From positions 1 to 47,157 of the forward strand of contig JAUCBJ010005961.1 of assembly GCA_032718475.1 (NCBI GenBank): a DNA stretch of 47,157 nt, given 5' to 3'. This document shows, in pieces, positions 11,623 through 25,246 of this stretch. Source of the DNA: Nemertoderma westbladi (Eukaryota > Animalia > Xenacoelomorpha). A model generated the notes under the pieces. That model was not told where the DNA came from. It worked only from the letters and a program-made list of their open reading frames with translations, and searched no databases. Within the stretch, counting starts at the first letter, position 1; every line of letters begins with the position of its first letter. A program made the translations under genes and the position numbers.

Positions 11623-13004
11623 TTATTGTGCTGCTATTATATCGTGATTTGCTTCATCAGTAGAACATGTAAATAATAACACAAATGTTTTGCACAATGT
11701 TAGTGGATAATTTACATGTATTTTCAGGCAAATATTTTAAAATATATTATTAGAAGACCGTCAGGGCTTCTTGCTGTCAAAAAAAAACGCCTGTGTGTTT
11801 GTCTGTATGTTTGTGCACATTGATATTGGCTTGGAAGGGTAAGAAGTGCTCTACTTCATGGCCAACTATACAAAGAAATGTATCGATTATTTGGGTTCTT
11901 ATTTCGGTTATTAATTATTTAAGCGGGTGCTCTTGCTGTATAAAAATAGCACAGGTCGATTCGCCGTGTCCCATTCTCACAAAGTTTTTATTATATTCGA
12001 GTGTTTAATATAAAGATGTATGATTATTTATTGATTGACAATAAAATAGTGTATAAATATGTAACATTCCCTCACACAGCCTGAACTTTGCCTATGGCAG
12101 CGAATAGGGAAGGATTTTCTCTGTATCATAGCAACGTTGTATAATTATTTAACTCTAGCTAGCTGGGAAGACAGGTAGCAAGCTGGCCGGAGTGTCTCAG
12201 TAAATCCAATGGTTGGGGTGGGTTGTCTATTGAGAACTCCGAACTGGTCATGGCATTAATTCTGCTTTCTTCAAGGCTGCATGGAAGGTGGAAGAGGTTT
12301 ATATATTGATTGCGATTGATATTTGATTGGGGATTAGATTATCATTTAGTTTTTCGGTTTTGTTGTCTTATAGACGGTCTTCTTAAAGCCAGCTTGCTGG
12401 CTTTCTAGTATATTAACAATGTAGCAAGAACCCGTTGTAGTCTACCAAAAAAACAGACTGCATGTTGTGTGAATATCAGAGCGAACGACTTTCAATATCG
12501 CATACTAACAATCAATAAATATATCAATTTTTTTCATCACCAATCATGCATTAGATATAAGTTCTAAAGCTATTTCTTGATGTTGCAATACTGCAATGAT
12601 ATAATAAAATAACTTCGTATATTACAGTAATGATGGATTGCATTCAATGTTTCAATTCAATTCAACATCTTTCAATTACATATTGGGAAACATATGGATT
12701 ATCTTAGCACAAACTTGTACAAACAAACCCCAATCTATTATATGCAACTTTCCCATCATTATACATAATGCCAAATGTTAAGATAACCACAAAATGTTCC
12801 AGGCTACCTTTAAATAAAATGAATCGAAATTGTACGGTCATAAATGGCCGGGATAATTAACTCAGAATTTTATGCACAATATGTCGCACTATTTGCAATG
12901 ATATTTGTTTCAGTAGAAAGGGCTCAGTACAACCTACTGTACTTGATTATGTTAAATATTGACACTAACAGATATAACAATAAACATTCCCACAGTTTTT
13001 CTTT

Positions 13005-14678
13005 TTAACTTTCGATGAGCTGCAAAGTTTCACTGGTGTCTTTACCTTTTGGCGCGAATATGTTACCACGATGGCAGCGAAATATAATGAAATAACTAAT
13101 GGCTATGAGCGGAAGTGTGAGTCCGAAGATGGCTGCACCAACTGGAAATCCGGTGTATTCGACCAGGGGACCGGCTATAATCGGACCGATAAACAGCCCC
13201 AATGCGTCCGTCAGACTCCTTGAATAGGAGTAGATTGCAATGTTCTCGACAACTTCCTTCCATTGTAGTCGATGGAAACAAACCTTGTATAGGCACTCGA
13301 AGTAGGGGACAGCACAACTGCCATATCCAATGCCGAATATCGCAGTCCCAAAAAGGATTACAGAGATATCTTGTGGTATATGAAACAGCGGGAAAGGGCC
13401 TTGTAATAGCATACCAACGTAAATTATTAGCATCCCGCAAGCTATTATATAAAGTGGGTTTATTATCGGGAATTTCTGCATGACAACTCCCCAAATAAAA
13501 CTTGTAGTCACTGTGGTTAGGGGCGCTATTAGAAAGATGAGTCCAATCGTAGCTGGACCAAATTTAAACATTTCTAGATACAAAGCGAAAGTTGTTTCGT
13601 AAAATCCCAAGGATGCCAATACTAGGAACTCCATTGTAAAGGACATGAAACCAACTTTATCCTTCAATATGTCCAGAACAGTATATTTGGTTTCAGGTTT
13701 TGTTTCTGATTCAATGTTGGGACAAGTGGCAAAGAGATATATGGCTAGTAATACCTCCAAACTGCCGAACACTAGGAAAGGTGTTGTGTAATTTGATAGT
13801 TCATATATTACTCCACATATTGTTGGCCCCGTTAGCATTCCAAGGTTGAAGCTGTTGTACAGGAAACTCAGGGCTATAGTTCGTTCCTTCTGCAACAAAT
13901 TAATAAAAGTGACTAAATTTTACTACGCCAAACATCATCGACCTGTCAGTAATAATTATCATTAGTCCCAAGATCTTGGGCTATCCATACAGGCTTGCGA
14001 GTTGACAATTAACTTACTTTGAACAATATCGTCGTAATTCCATACATAGAAAGAGTGGCTGTCGCATAAAAGGAACCCTCTACGATACGGCAGATAAAAC
14101 ATAACACGATATAGGTGGTGCCACCTGGTGATAAATCTAGTAACCCGAACAGGGCAATGCAAACACCTAAAAAGTAAATAGAAATATATCACTGCAGTTT
14201 GAGTTGAGTTGAGATTGTCAATGCACTCCTGTGTCATTCAGGGTGTACAGATATTGTAGAAAATTAGCTGATATGGTTGTGTGTATGGATCGAACTCTTA
14301 ACATATACAGTTTATACACAGTGAGTTATTCTATACTTACTTACCTGAACCCATGAATCCGAGTGCTGCTGCGTTCTTAAGTCCCAAGCTCACGGCCACA
14401 CCACCCACCATGACATAGAATACAATCCTGCTACCGGCAAACACACCAAAAAGAATACCAACCAAACTTTCGTCGAAGCCTTTCTCAATAGCTCTTGGAG
14501 GAAAGAATGCAGCTGGAAGCGAATAGTTAACTGAAATTGTGAAAAACAGGGTACATAGAACTATGAGTGTTGTTATTCGATGCGTCATTACACGGATTAA
14601 TATAGATTTTATAGGCTGATTGATTTTAAGTTCTGAGTTATAAATAGTTTCTTTGGAAGTAACACGGCTATCACTCAT
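13005..14678 (-). CDS. SLC18B1-like MFS transporter, copy 1 (exons 14678-14345, 14166-14018, 13889-13005; 455 aa)
   Basis: GT-AG introns with compatible phases (1, then 0). Exon 1 has YSLPAAFFP..A..KG....VG..FG, exon 2 reads GVCIALFGLLDLSPGGTTYIVLCFICRIVEG, exon 3 has GMLTGPTICG.IY....YTTPF and FIGPIIAGPL. Multi-TM pattern of the SLC18/VMAT-related family. Confidence 0.85.
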
Positions 14679-15349
14679 CTTTTATTGATAATTCTTCTTT
14701 GCTTCAAATGGTGTGGAAGTGTCGCAGGCCTTATCACAAACTATTTATCGCGTTAATTAGGACAACATATGTTGAGGTAGGTAAAGTTATTTTCTTATCC
14801 TTTGCCGGCTGTAAGTACTGTACAAAACACGCAAGAGTAAGCGCAAGACATAAGTCCGCCTACATAGTACAAGTTACAAGTACAAAATTAATAAATTTGA
14901 ATATTATACATTGAATGAATTCGTTTTCCTGTTGTAGTTAATGACCCAGCCCATGAAATACCCTATCACTTGGAATCAATAATCAGCTGATTATCTGCAA
15001 ATCCTCCTCTGTGGTGAGTGGGTAGGTCGTTAATGCTGAGGGAACTAGTTGGGTCCAATTATTCCATGTTTGAGTCCAAGGAACTGATGATTATCGTGCA
15101 TTTACTTTATTGGCATTGGCTCTGTTTTAACGATAATTGTAATGATGACATATTGCAAGGGGAAGGAAAATCTTTTAACAGTGACAGTTGTTGGTGAATT
15201 TTATTGAAGGTATGGATTCAATAAAGATAATTAACGCAGTTACAATGATATTTCAACAAACAGGGCTTTATCAAATTGTATGAAGTCTACCAACTGACAG
15301 TGAAGTGAAGCCACGTACACTGCCCCACACTGCCTAACTACCTAATAAT

Positions 15350-16960
15350 AGTACTACTTCTATTTATCTATTGGTACATTGGTATGTCGTTGGTCTATAT
15401 ACCTCAGAACCAGTGCTCCAGACGTCCATGGGGTTACCAGAAAAGTGGATACGTTACCTTCGTTGTTACGATGGGTGGTATTCTACCATAATGCGTGATC
15501 ATATCATTATGCCTGGCATTTGCTTTGTCTCCAACTCATGTTTGTCCTGCCCTTGTCAGGGTTTGTCCTTACCTCCATATAAAATGGGTAAACGTTACCA
15601 AATAAACAATAAGAAACAAGTGATTGGAAACATATTTTAATTGAGAATCAACAGTTTGAGGATAAACATTCAGATGTATTAGCTTATCGGCAGGAAGATG
15701 GTATATGTATGTATAGGTGTGTGTAAGCGTGTAAGGGTAGGCGTCACATTTACCCCCGTATAAAAAAACCACACTTTCCACTGTGGCTCGAAAACATGTG
15801 ATCATCAGGTGATGGGGGATGTCTGATTTTCAGGTGGTTCGCCACTTCGGATAGACCCATGAATTTACCGCCGTTGCATTTGCTTTCCTAACTTTTATGT
15901 ATTTTCTGTGGCTCTCTATCCATGACCTAAGGTTCTGGAAATCGTCAACTTCCTTGGTGGATTATTATCGATTGTGGTCAGGCTTATATTAACATTACAA
16001 TCATTTATTTTGGTTTGACAATAGCACAACAGTAGCATTTATATGCAATCCAAGCTTCTTTGCAGTCATCTCCACTTTGTTCAGTAGAAGTTGTGCATCT
16101 GCTACTACTATTTATAATACTACTATTATAGGCGAATTGAAATGCTATGTCAACTTAATAACGAGTTTGTGCTGTCATATTGCAATCCACAATATGCATG
16201 CATGCTGCAATGCAGCTTGCATTAAGACACCTATCCTTCAGCGTCGTCAAGTGCTGGTCCGCCAGCCAAAGCAATGATATCATGCGAAGCAGAGGCGGAT
16301 TAGTTCAATTGACAAGCTTGGGGGATCAGTGACACAGCTCAAATGCTGTATGTTGCTTGGTGGGGATGTGTGCATTGTGAACCAGATGTGGCATTCTTGT
16401 CATCTTGTGAATGGTGCCATCCAGAGATTTGGCGTCCTCAGCAGTAATAGCTCAGCTTGGACTCATATATCTTGTTTGTGGTTGGTTGGCATTTCCTCCA
16501 CTAATATGAGCCAGGAATTATTATGTGCCGTAGTGAGATCCTCACTGTGCATGTGATAGCGTGTTGGATAGCAGGGCGATGTTATCCACAAAGTCTGTGT
16601 CTGTGTTTGCTTGTGCAGGATATCAGGTGCTTCTATGTCTTGTAGTGTGAACCAAATAATATCTTCTCCATTTGTGGCCATCTTCATTGCATAATCCAAC
16701 ACAATTATGAATAGCAATGGATCAAATGTATTGCCTTGCAGTACATCAGTAAGGATTGAGAATAAATCAGACCTGTCATCTGGATGTAGAGCATGTCTGA
16801 AATTCTGTGTCGCAGTACAAAATAACAATCAAATATCAGCAATGATTATTTTTGGTATTCCATAAGCTCTTAGGATTTCCAGCCTTTTACCACTATGGAT
16901 GGAGTCGAATGCGTTCTTGAAGTTAGAATTCATTCTTCCTTCTATCTTAATTGCAAGTAT
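15350..16960 (-). mobile_element. Degraded RTE-clade LINE, interrupted by a nested insertion (~16105-16556)
   Basis: Broken frames give FKNAFDSIH..K.LEILRAYGIP, VLQGNTFDPLLFIIVLDYAM and FRATVESVVFLYGG, with many frameshifts. Confidence 0.8.
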
Positions 16961-17179
16961 CTGAGTTGTTGTTGATTGATATATTTTGTCGGAATCCAAT
17001 TTGTCTCTTATGCAGTAGTAGAAAGTTATCACCTTATAAAAAGGTATATAATTCTCCTATATTATAAAACAACTCTTGCAATCTATAATTAATCTATAAT
17101 CCTATAATTGGCACATTTTTACACAATTGATATTATTTCTAATTAATTATTAATGATTAATAAGTATGATTATACGTTA

Positions 17180-17560
17180 TTATTATTAGTTTTATTTATT
17201 GAGAAGTCAGTACTGAGCAGCTATGTCATGGCCGCGCAGCCCCGCACCATCCCCGAAACAAAGTCAGTGCCAGCGCTGCGCCTACCTCCATGGAGGCACA
17301 GCAAACTGGACCGGAGGAGGGCGAATTGAAGTTGTTGATGACATCCCCCAGCACACATGCGAGGCCCCTCTTCAGCATTCCATCACGCTTAGAAACCAGT
17401 GCCTCTTTGATGTAGGTGATGAGTATCTGGGTCTCTCGGCACCAGACTCCATCCATTGTATCAACCAGTGGGGTGAATGGTTTCCTCCATTCCACACAGA
17501 CAGCGCTGTAGTGGCACAGTTTATTGCGGCAGCGCTCCTCTAGGATGGAGTTGGTCGAGC
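17180..17560 (-). mobile_element. 3' fragment of an RLE-type (CRE-like) non-LTR retrotransposon
   Basis: Minus ORF contains NKLCHYSAVCVEWRKPFTPLVDTMDGVWCRE, resembling the K..KY...C....FTPLV.S.DG..G.E end of CRE-clade endonuclease domains. It is followed by AATAAA and a (TAA)n tail. Confidence 0.55.
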
Positions 17561-17726
17561 GGTTTATATTATATTCGTTACATGAAATAGTTTCACTTTT
17601 GTAGTTTAGTAATAAAATCATTACTCGTAGTTTTTTTACTTATAGTTGCGCTCACAATGTAGTACATGTAATAATTACACATACAAATGTAGTGAAAATG
17701 TAAAGTTATGTACACAGTTTCTCTTT

Positions 17727-20326
17727 TTAATTTTCGATGAGCTGCAAAGTTTCACTGGTGTCTTTACCTTTTGGTGCGAATATGTTACCACGATGGCAGC
17801 GAAATATAATGAAATAACTAATCGCTATGAGCGGAAGAGGGAGTCCGAAGATGGCTGCACCGACTGGAAATCCGGTGTATTCGACCAGGGGACCGGCTAT
17901 AATCGGACCGATAAACAGTCCCGCTGCGTCTGTCATCGTCATCGAATAGGAGTAGACGGCGGTGTTCTCGACAACTTCCTTCCATTGTAGTCGATGAAAA
18001 CAAACCTTGTATAGGCACTCGAAGTAGGGGACAGCACAACTGCCAAGTCCAATGCCGAATATCGCAGTACCCAAAAGGATTACTGAGATATCTTGTGGTA
18101 TATGAAACAGCGGGAAAGGGCCTTGTAATAGCATGCCGGTGTAAAGAATCATCATACCACTAGATATTATATAAAGTGGGTTTATTACCGGGAATTTTTG
18201 AATGAGAAATCCCCATAGAAAACTGGTAATGACTGTCGCCAGGGGCGCTATTAGAAAGATGACTCCAATCATAGCTGGACCAAATTTAAACATTTCTAGA
18301 TACAAAGCGAAAGTTGTTTCGTAAAATCCCAAAGTTGTCAATACTAGGAACTCCATTGTAAAGGACATGAAACCAACTTTATCCTTCAATATGTCCAGAA
18401 CAGTATATTTGGTTTCAGGTTTTGTTTCGGATTCAATGTTGGGACAAGCGACTCGAAGATATATCGCTAGTAATACCTCCAAACTGCCGAACACTAGGAA
18501 AGGTGTTGTGTAATTTGCTAGTTCATATATTACTCCACATATTGTTGGCCCCGCTAGCATTCCAAGATGTAGGCTGTTGTATATGCAACTCAGGGCTATA
18601 GTTCGTTCTTTCTGCAACAAATGAGAAATAGTAATTGGCGCTAATTAACTACTCCGTCATCATCATTATTTTCTATGTAGAAAGAAAAATCATTCAAATC
18701 CAACTTATAAATCGTATGAAGAAGGCCTTGGTCAAATTGGCAGTTTTTGGCAAAATTGACCCCAATACGGTTCCTTAGAAATCTTAAAGTGATAGCTTTG
18801 AACAAGTATTAATAAACTTACTTTGAACAACATTGTGGCGATTCCATACATCGATAGAACGGCTGTCGCAAAAAAGGAACCCTCTACGATACGGCAGATA
18901 AAACATAACACGATATAGGTGGTGCCACCTGGTGATAAATCTAGTAACCCGAACAGGGCAATGCAAACACCTAAAAAGTAAATAAAATATATCAGCTATT
19001 GAAGAAAATTATATATGGTGGTTGTGTGTTGTGTAGGGATCTAAATCGCAAATTTTGATGTTTTCTACTCTCATATCTTGGATTAACACTACAAGAACGC
19101 AGAAGCAACCGATAGACAGCAACTAAAGTCGCAGACACCGACTTTGCTGATGACATTGCCCTGCTCTCTAATAGACAGCAACTAAAGTCGCAGACACCGA
19201 CTTTGCTAATGACATCGCCCTGCTCTCTAATACGCTAGCTTCTACAGAATGAAGTAGAGAGGGTGGGAAAGGAGGTTGGACTGTATATAAATGCTAGCAA
19301 GACCGAATACATGACTTTTTATGTCAATGGGAACTTGACCACAATTGTTAATAATCCATAAAGGAAGGTTGACGATTTCCAGTACCTTAGGTAATGGATA
19401 GAGAGCAGCAAAAAATACATAAAGTTAGGAAAGCAAAGGCTTGGGTAGCTCTATCAAAAATGGATACCATCTGGAAATCAGATCTCTACAGGCACCTGAA
19501 GACTAAGTTCTTTCGAGCCACAGTGGAAAGTGTATTTTTATACAGGGGTGAGACTTGGTCACAGAATTTGAAGAATTGGGTTGCTAGACAAGACTACTAA
19601 GGGCAGTCCTAAACATCAGCTGGGGACAGCACATAACAAACGCCGAGCTTTATGGTATCGTTTATCAACCACGCTGACGTGAATGTAATTACAATTCAGT
19701 GCACACTGCTGGATCCTGGATAAGTAAACAAGAGGTCATACCAGATCTACTTTTCTGGCAACCAACTTAAGGAAAGCGTAACCGTGGATGACTGGCTATA
19801 TCATATAATATAGACCTTCTGGAAAATGATACTGAACTTGAGAAAAACGAAATTGCGACAACTATAGAGAATCGGCTGGAAGACTGGAAGACTATGGAAG
19901 GATCTCATTTCCACTGTCCGAGTTCGCTGCTTGACCTAGTAGTAGGGTAGTAGTAGTCACCTATACACTATGGCTTATTCCAGACTTACCTGAACCCATG
20001 AATCCGAGTGCTGCTGCGTTCCTAAGTCCCAATGACACGGCAACACCACCCACCATGACATAGAATACAACCCTGCTACCGGCAAACACACCAAAAAGAA
20101 TACCAACCAAACTTTCGTCGAAGCCTTTCTCAACAGCCCTCGGAGGAAAGAATGTAGCTGGTAGCGAATAGTTAACTGAAATTGTGAATTGCAGGGTACA
20201 TAGAACTATGAGTATTGTTATTCGATGCTTCATTAGACGGATTAATATAGATTTTGTAGGCTGATTGATTTTAAGTTCCAACAAGTTGTCAATAGTTTCT
20301 TTGGAAGAACCACGGCTATTATTCAT
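17727..20326 (-). CDS. SLC18B1-like MFS transporter, copy 2 (exons 20326-19990, 18970-18822, 18611-17727; 456 aa)
   Basis: Same three-exon structure and splice sites as copy 1. Intron 1 is enlarged to 1019 bp by a LINE insertion. ORF intact. Confidence 0.85.
19050..19958 (+). mobile_element. 5'-truncated RTE-clade LINE in intron 1 of MFS copy 2
   Basis: DTDFADDIALLSN (internally duplicated, ~59 bp) and KAWVALSKMDTIWKSDL...FFRATVESVFLY. Ends in a (TAG)n microsatellite tail at 19937-19958. Absent from the equivalent intron of copies 1 and 3. Confidence 0.85.
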
Positions 20327-21966
20327 CTTTTATGGATAATTCTTCTTTGCTTCATATATTTGGTGTGAATGCATCGCAGGCCTTGACACTATGCATTTTA
20401 GCTGATATATCACGTTATTTAGAACAGCATCGAAGTTGAGGTAGGTAAAGATACTTTACTTAACCTTGGCCGGTTGTGAGTACTGTGCAAAACACGTCAC
20501 AATGCGCGCAAGACTAAGTCCACCAACATAGAGCACCAACATAAATTGAAATAAACATTGAATGATTTCGTTTTCCTGTTGTATTTATTTACATATATGA
20601 CCCAACCGCCCCAAATCCAATGAATCGCTCAGAACTAGAGAACAAACCGGTTATCAGCAAATAGTCCCCTTGTGTGAGTGGTATGTAGTATGCTGAGGGA
20701 ACTAGTTGGGTCCAGTTATTCCTATGTTTGAGTCCAAGGAACTGATGGTTGCCTTGCCATTGATTTTATTGGCATTGGCTCTGTTTTAAGGATAATGAAT
20801 AAGGATATTTAATAATTCTAATCTAATCATAAATATTGCCGGAAGGGAGAGATATTTTCTAAGTGTTCGTTGTGGTTCAATCGTGCTGAATGATATGGTA
20901 AAGTTCATTAATGAGTCAACGCAAAAATTTAATGTGGAAATGCATTAATATGATTTTAAGTGCTGTAGTGCTTATTGTTTTTTGGAGGGATCCAAGAATT
21001 GCATGTCCTTATTTCTCACACGTGTTTGTGTTTTTGTTTGTACACACAACTTCTTGCACTTAATGTTGATTGGATGAAACTTTGATGATAGGTTCATTAT
21101 CGGACCTACTTGTGTATGCAAAGTTTTGGTTGCGAGGGACCTGTTGGTTGCCTAGCAACAAAATTAATTCTAGAACGACCGATCATAATTGTAGAATTCC
21201 CTCAATCAAAATTGTGTGGACACCCCATAGGGAGCATCTATTGGACATTCTTTCTGCAAAATTTCGCTTTATTTCGTTTAGAATTGTAGGAGAAGATTCA
21301 TTTCTTACAAACAGTGTTTTTTAACGTACTACTATTTAATTTACTATTTAATATACTACTATTATGTACTTCGTCCAATATTTAGTTTTGCGTTTTTCGC
21401 TATTAGACTGACCTACATAGGAGCGTAATTTATTAAAACAATAGTAATTGTATTGTAAAGACGTTACTTTGCCCAATGTTTCGTTTTGCGTTTTTCGTTA
21501 TTAGGCTACCCTGCATTTACTTTTCGTCATTACGTTTATCTTATATTTAAACACACTACTCAAGCAATAATTATTACATATATTTTTTATGTTAGGTCTT
21601 CATTTAGAGTCGATCTTTTCACCCGTGTCAAGGCAAATTTCAATTTTCTCATTATTTCTGAGTGTCTGTGTTGTCTCTTAACTATTTTTCGTTTCCATTA
21701 CATTTCGTTATTGCGATTGGAGCTATTGTTTATCATTGCAATATGCAACTTTTATTTTATTAATAAAGATTAAATAAAGTTGATCGAGGAGGAAAAAAAA
21801 TGTTTCATTCGATTTATTCTTCAATTTCGCTGAATCTAGTACAATCGAGATCCTTAATGTTATTTTTAGCTCTTAGCTCGCATACTATTGGTGACTTAGA
21901 ATAATGATAAAGACCCCCTGCGTACAGTTGCCATGCGAATGGAACCAACAAACTGATTTTTTGTAC

Positions 21967-22433
21967 ACTACAGTACTACTAGATCGAGCGAGCTCGGTCA
22001 GTAGAACTGAGGTCCTTCCAGGCTTCCCGCTGATTCTCCATAGTTGTCGCAATTTCGTTTCTCTCAAGTTCAGTAGCCATTTTAATTTGGTCTTCGTCAT
22101 ATCCAGTCGCCCACAAGAATCGTCCACAAGAATTCCTATCTTTTATGCCGCTCCCAGCCATGAACCAAGGTGTTGGAAGTCGTTCTATTGGAAGTACTAG
22201 GTTCTTTTGTTGATTATTATCGATGTTGGTCTGGTTCCATTAACATTAAATGTCGTGTGATATTCTTTTTTGGTAGCATTTATATTCAATCCAAATCCAA
22301 CCTTCTTAGCGACTCTTTCCAGTTTGTTCAGTATAAGTTGTGCATCTGCTACCGTGTTAGTAGTAAGCAGGATTAACTTACAAAGCCGATGTGTGTACTA
22401 ACTTCTTGATCGGGATATCTGCTTAAACCTTCT
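21967..22433 (-). mobile_element. Internally deleted RTE-clade LINE 3' end
   Basis: ATELERNEIATTMENQREAWKDL.ST.RARS matches the 3' end of the 19050-19958 copy and carries a tagtagta tail. A QYL-region remnant lies near 22190. Confidence 0.7.
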
Positions 22434-22461
22434 GATTCTACGTTATTTGAGTGCGCCCCTT

Positions 22462-22530
22462 GGCACAACTCTTCCGACCAGATAGGCACAACTCTTCCGA
22501 CCAGATAGGCACAACTCTTCCGACCAGATA
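22462..22530. repeat. 23-bp tandem repeat x3
   Basis: ggcacaactcttccgaccagata repeated three times exactly. Confidence 0.9.
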
Positions 22531-23204
22531 CCTTATTTATAGTTTGCTATTTATAGTCTGAGTCATGACTATTACTGTATTTGAGTGGTAGTAATTGACC
22601 CAAATCAATTCAATTTTGTCCTGTATGTACTTCGCTGGCTGGTGTTGAAAACCACTTTGAGATCTCATTTAGCTTTTGGCATGTTTTTGGCTTTGCTGCT
22701 TTTTCAGTTTCTATATAATGAAGTTTTGTAGTTTTTAAACGAAAACATAAATATATTATTACATAAATCAATAGAGCAATCACACTTTTATTATGTGAAA
22801 AATCTTCGCTAACATTAGGGGAAATTATTAAATTCCTTACCTCGGTATTGTATAATTTTTTACATCAGTTACCATATAATATTTGGTAATTTTTGATATA
22901 TTTAAAAATTGTATGCTACTTATAGTTACCGAGGTAAAGTAATTAACGTGCGACAACGCTTTGAATGTTACTTAAACTCCCTCATCAATTTTGTTAATAA
23001 TAACCTCATTGGCATACAAGAAATTAGAAACAAGAGATTATAAAAAGTTAATGTATATTATATGCGTTACATGAAATAGTTTCACTTTTGTTATAAAATA
23101 ATTATTTTTAGTTTTTTTTACTCACAGATGCACATACAATGTAGTACAGACAATTACACACACAATGTAGTGAAAATCTAAAGTTATTTACACAGATTTT
23201 ATTT

Positions 23205-25246
23205 TTAACTTTCGATGAGCTGCAAGGTTTCACTGGTGTCTTTACCTTTTGGAGCTAATATGTTACCACGATGGCAGCGAAATATAATGAAATAACTAAT
23301 GGCTATGAGCGGAAGCGGGAGTCCGAAGATGGCTGCACCGACTGGAAATCCGGTGTATTCGACCAGGGGACCGGCTATAATCGGACCGAGAAACAGCCCA
23401 ACTGCGTCCGTCATTGTCATCGAATAGGAGTAGACGGCGGTGTTCTCGACAACTTCCTTCCATTGTAGTCGATGGAAACAAACTCTGTAGAGAGCCTCGA
23501 TATACGGGACGGCACAACTGCCATATCCAATGCCGAATATCGCAGTACCAAATAGGATTACTGAGATATCTTGTGGTATATGAAACAGCGGGAAAGGGCC
23601 TTGTAATAACATACCGGTGTAAAGAAACATCATACCACTAGTTATTATATAAAGTGGGTTTATTACCGGGAATTTTTGCATGACAACTCCCCAAATAAAA
23701 CTTGCAGTGACTGACGCCAGGGGCGCTATAAGAAAGATGAGTCCAATCACAGCGGGACCCAATTCAAACATCTCTAGATACAATGCGAAAGTTGTTTCGT
23801 AAAATCCCAAAGATGCCATTACTAAAAGCTGCATAGTGAAGGACATAAAACCAACTTTATCCTTCAATACGTCCATAACAGTATATTTGGTTTCAGGTTT
23901 TGTTTCTGATTCAATGTTGGGACAAGCGACTCGAAGATATATCGCTAGTAATACCTCCAAACTGCCGAACACTAGGAAAGGTGTTGTGTAATTTGATAGT
24001 TCATATATTACTCCACATATTGTTGGCCCAGTTAGCATTCCAAGATGTAGGCTGTTGTATATGCAACTCAGGGCTATAGTTCGTTCTTTCTGCAACAAAT
24101 GAAAAATAGTAATTGGCGCTAAATTAATAACGTGCCACTGTAACCTACTCCTTTCCCTAAATTGAGAATTCAATATTGCGGAGGGATATTAATTCGCCAA
24201 GATGGGATTTGCGTCCAGTCCAGTCCCACCCCCCTCCCCCTGTCTCCAGTCACCATCCTTATTTTCCATGTAGAAAGAATCATTCAATTCCAACTTATTA
24301 ATCGTATAAAGTATAATAATTTGATCAAATTGTTTTTTGCCCTTTTTAGCTAATTTGATCGCCTACAATACCCACCACTGAAAATAGTTTTGATGTATGT
24401 TGCACAGATCTGTATAGGTACCATGATTCATAATTCAATACGGTGCCTTCTTTATCTTTTCAATCAGAAATATAAATTTATAACGTTATAGTAATAGCTT
24501 CAAGCATGTAATAATAAACTTACTTTGAACAACGTTGTAGCGATTCCATACATCGAGAGAACGGCTGTCGCATAAAAGGAGCCCTCTACGATACGGCAGA
24601 TAAAACATAACACGATATAGGTGGTGCCACCTGGTGATAAATCTAGTAACCCGAACAGGGCAATGCAAACACCTAAAAAGTAAATAGAAATATATCACTG
24701 CAGTTTGAGTTGAGTTGAGATTGTCAATGCACTCCTGCGTCATTCAGGGTGTGTAGATATTTAAGAAAATGACATAATATGGTTCTGTGTAGGGATCGAA
24801 CTCTTCACCCATTCACACTGAATTTTCCCATACGTACCTGACCCTGCGAATCCGAGTGCCGCTGCGTTCTTCAGTCCCAAGCTCACGGCCACACCACCCA
24901 CCATGACATAGAATACAATCCTGCTACCGGCAAACACACCAAAAAGAACACCAACCAAACTTTCGTCGAAACCTTTCTCAACAGCTCTTGGAGGAAAGAA
25001 TGCGGCTGGTAGTGAATAGTTAACTGAAATTGTGAAATGCAGGGTACATAGCACTATGAGTATTGTTATTCGATGCGTCAGTGATCGTATTAATATTGAT
25101 TTTCTAGGCGGGTTGCTTTTAACTTCCAACAAGTTTTCAAATACATCTTTGGAAGTGCCACCGCCATCATTGTCATCTTTTATAGATAATTGTTTCTCTA
25201 CTTCATATATTTGGGCTGATAAATCGCAGGAATTATCACAAACCAT
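23205..25246 (-). CDS. SLC18B1-like MFS transporter, copy 3 (exons 25246-24838, 24672-24524, 24089-23205; 480 aa)
   Basis: Same intron positions (donors gtacgt and gtaagt, acceptors ttttag and ttgcag). Longer N-terminus from an upstream ATG. ORF intact. Confidence 0.85.

Noticed and set aside
13962-14237. ORF MTQECIDN...RCLHCPVRVTRF, repeated at 18784 and 24486
   Set aside because: Wrong-frame reading of MFS exon 2; it recurs only because the gene is triplicated.
24090-24173. N-terminal extension of the 322-aa ORF
   Set aside because: Lies upstream of the ttgttgcag acceptor shared by all three copies, so it is intron.
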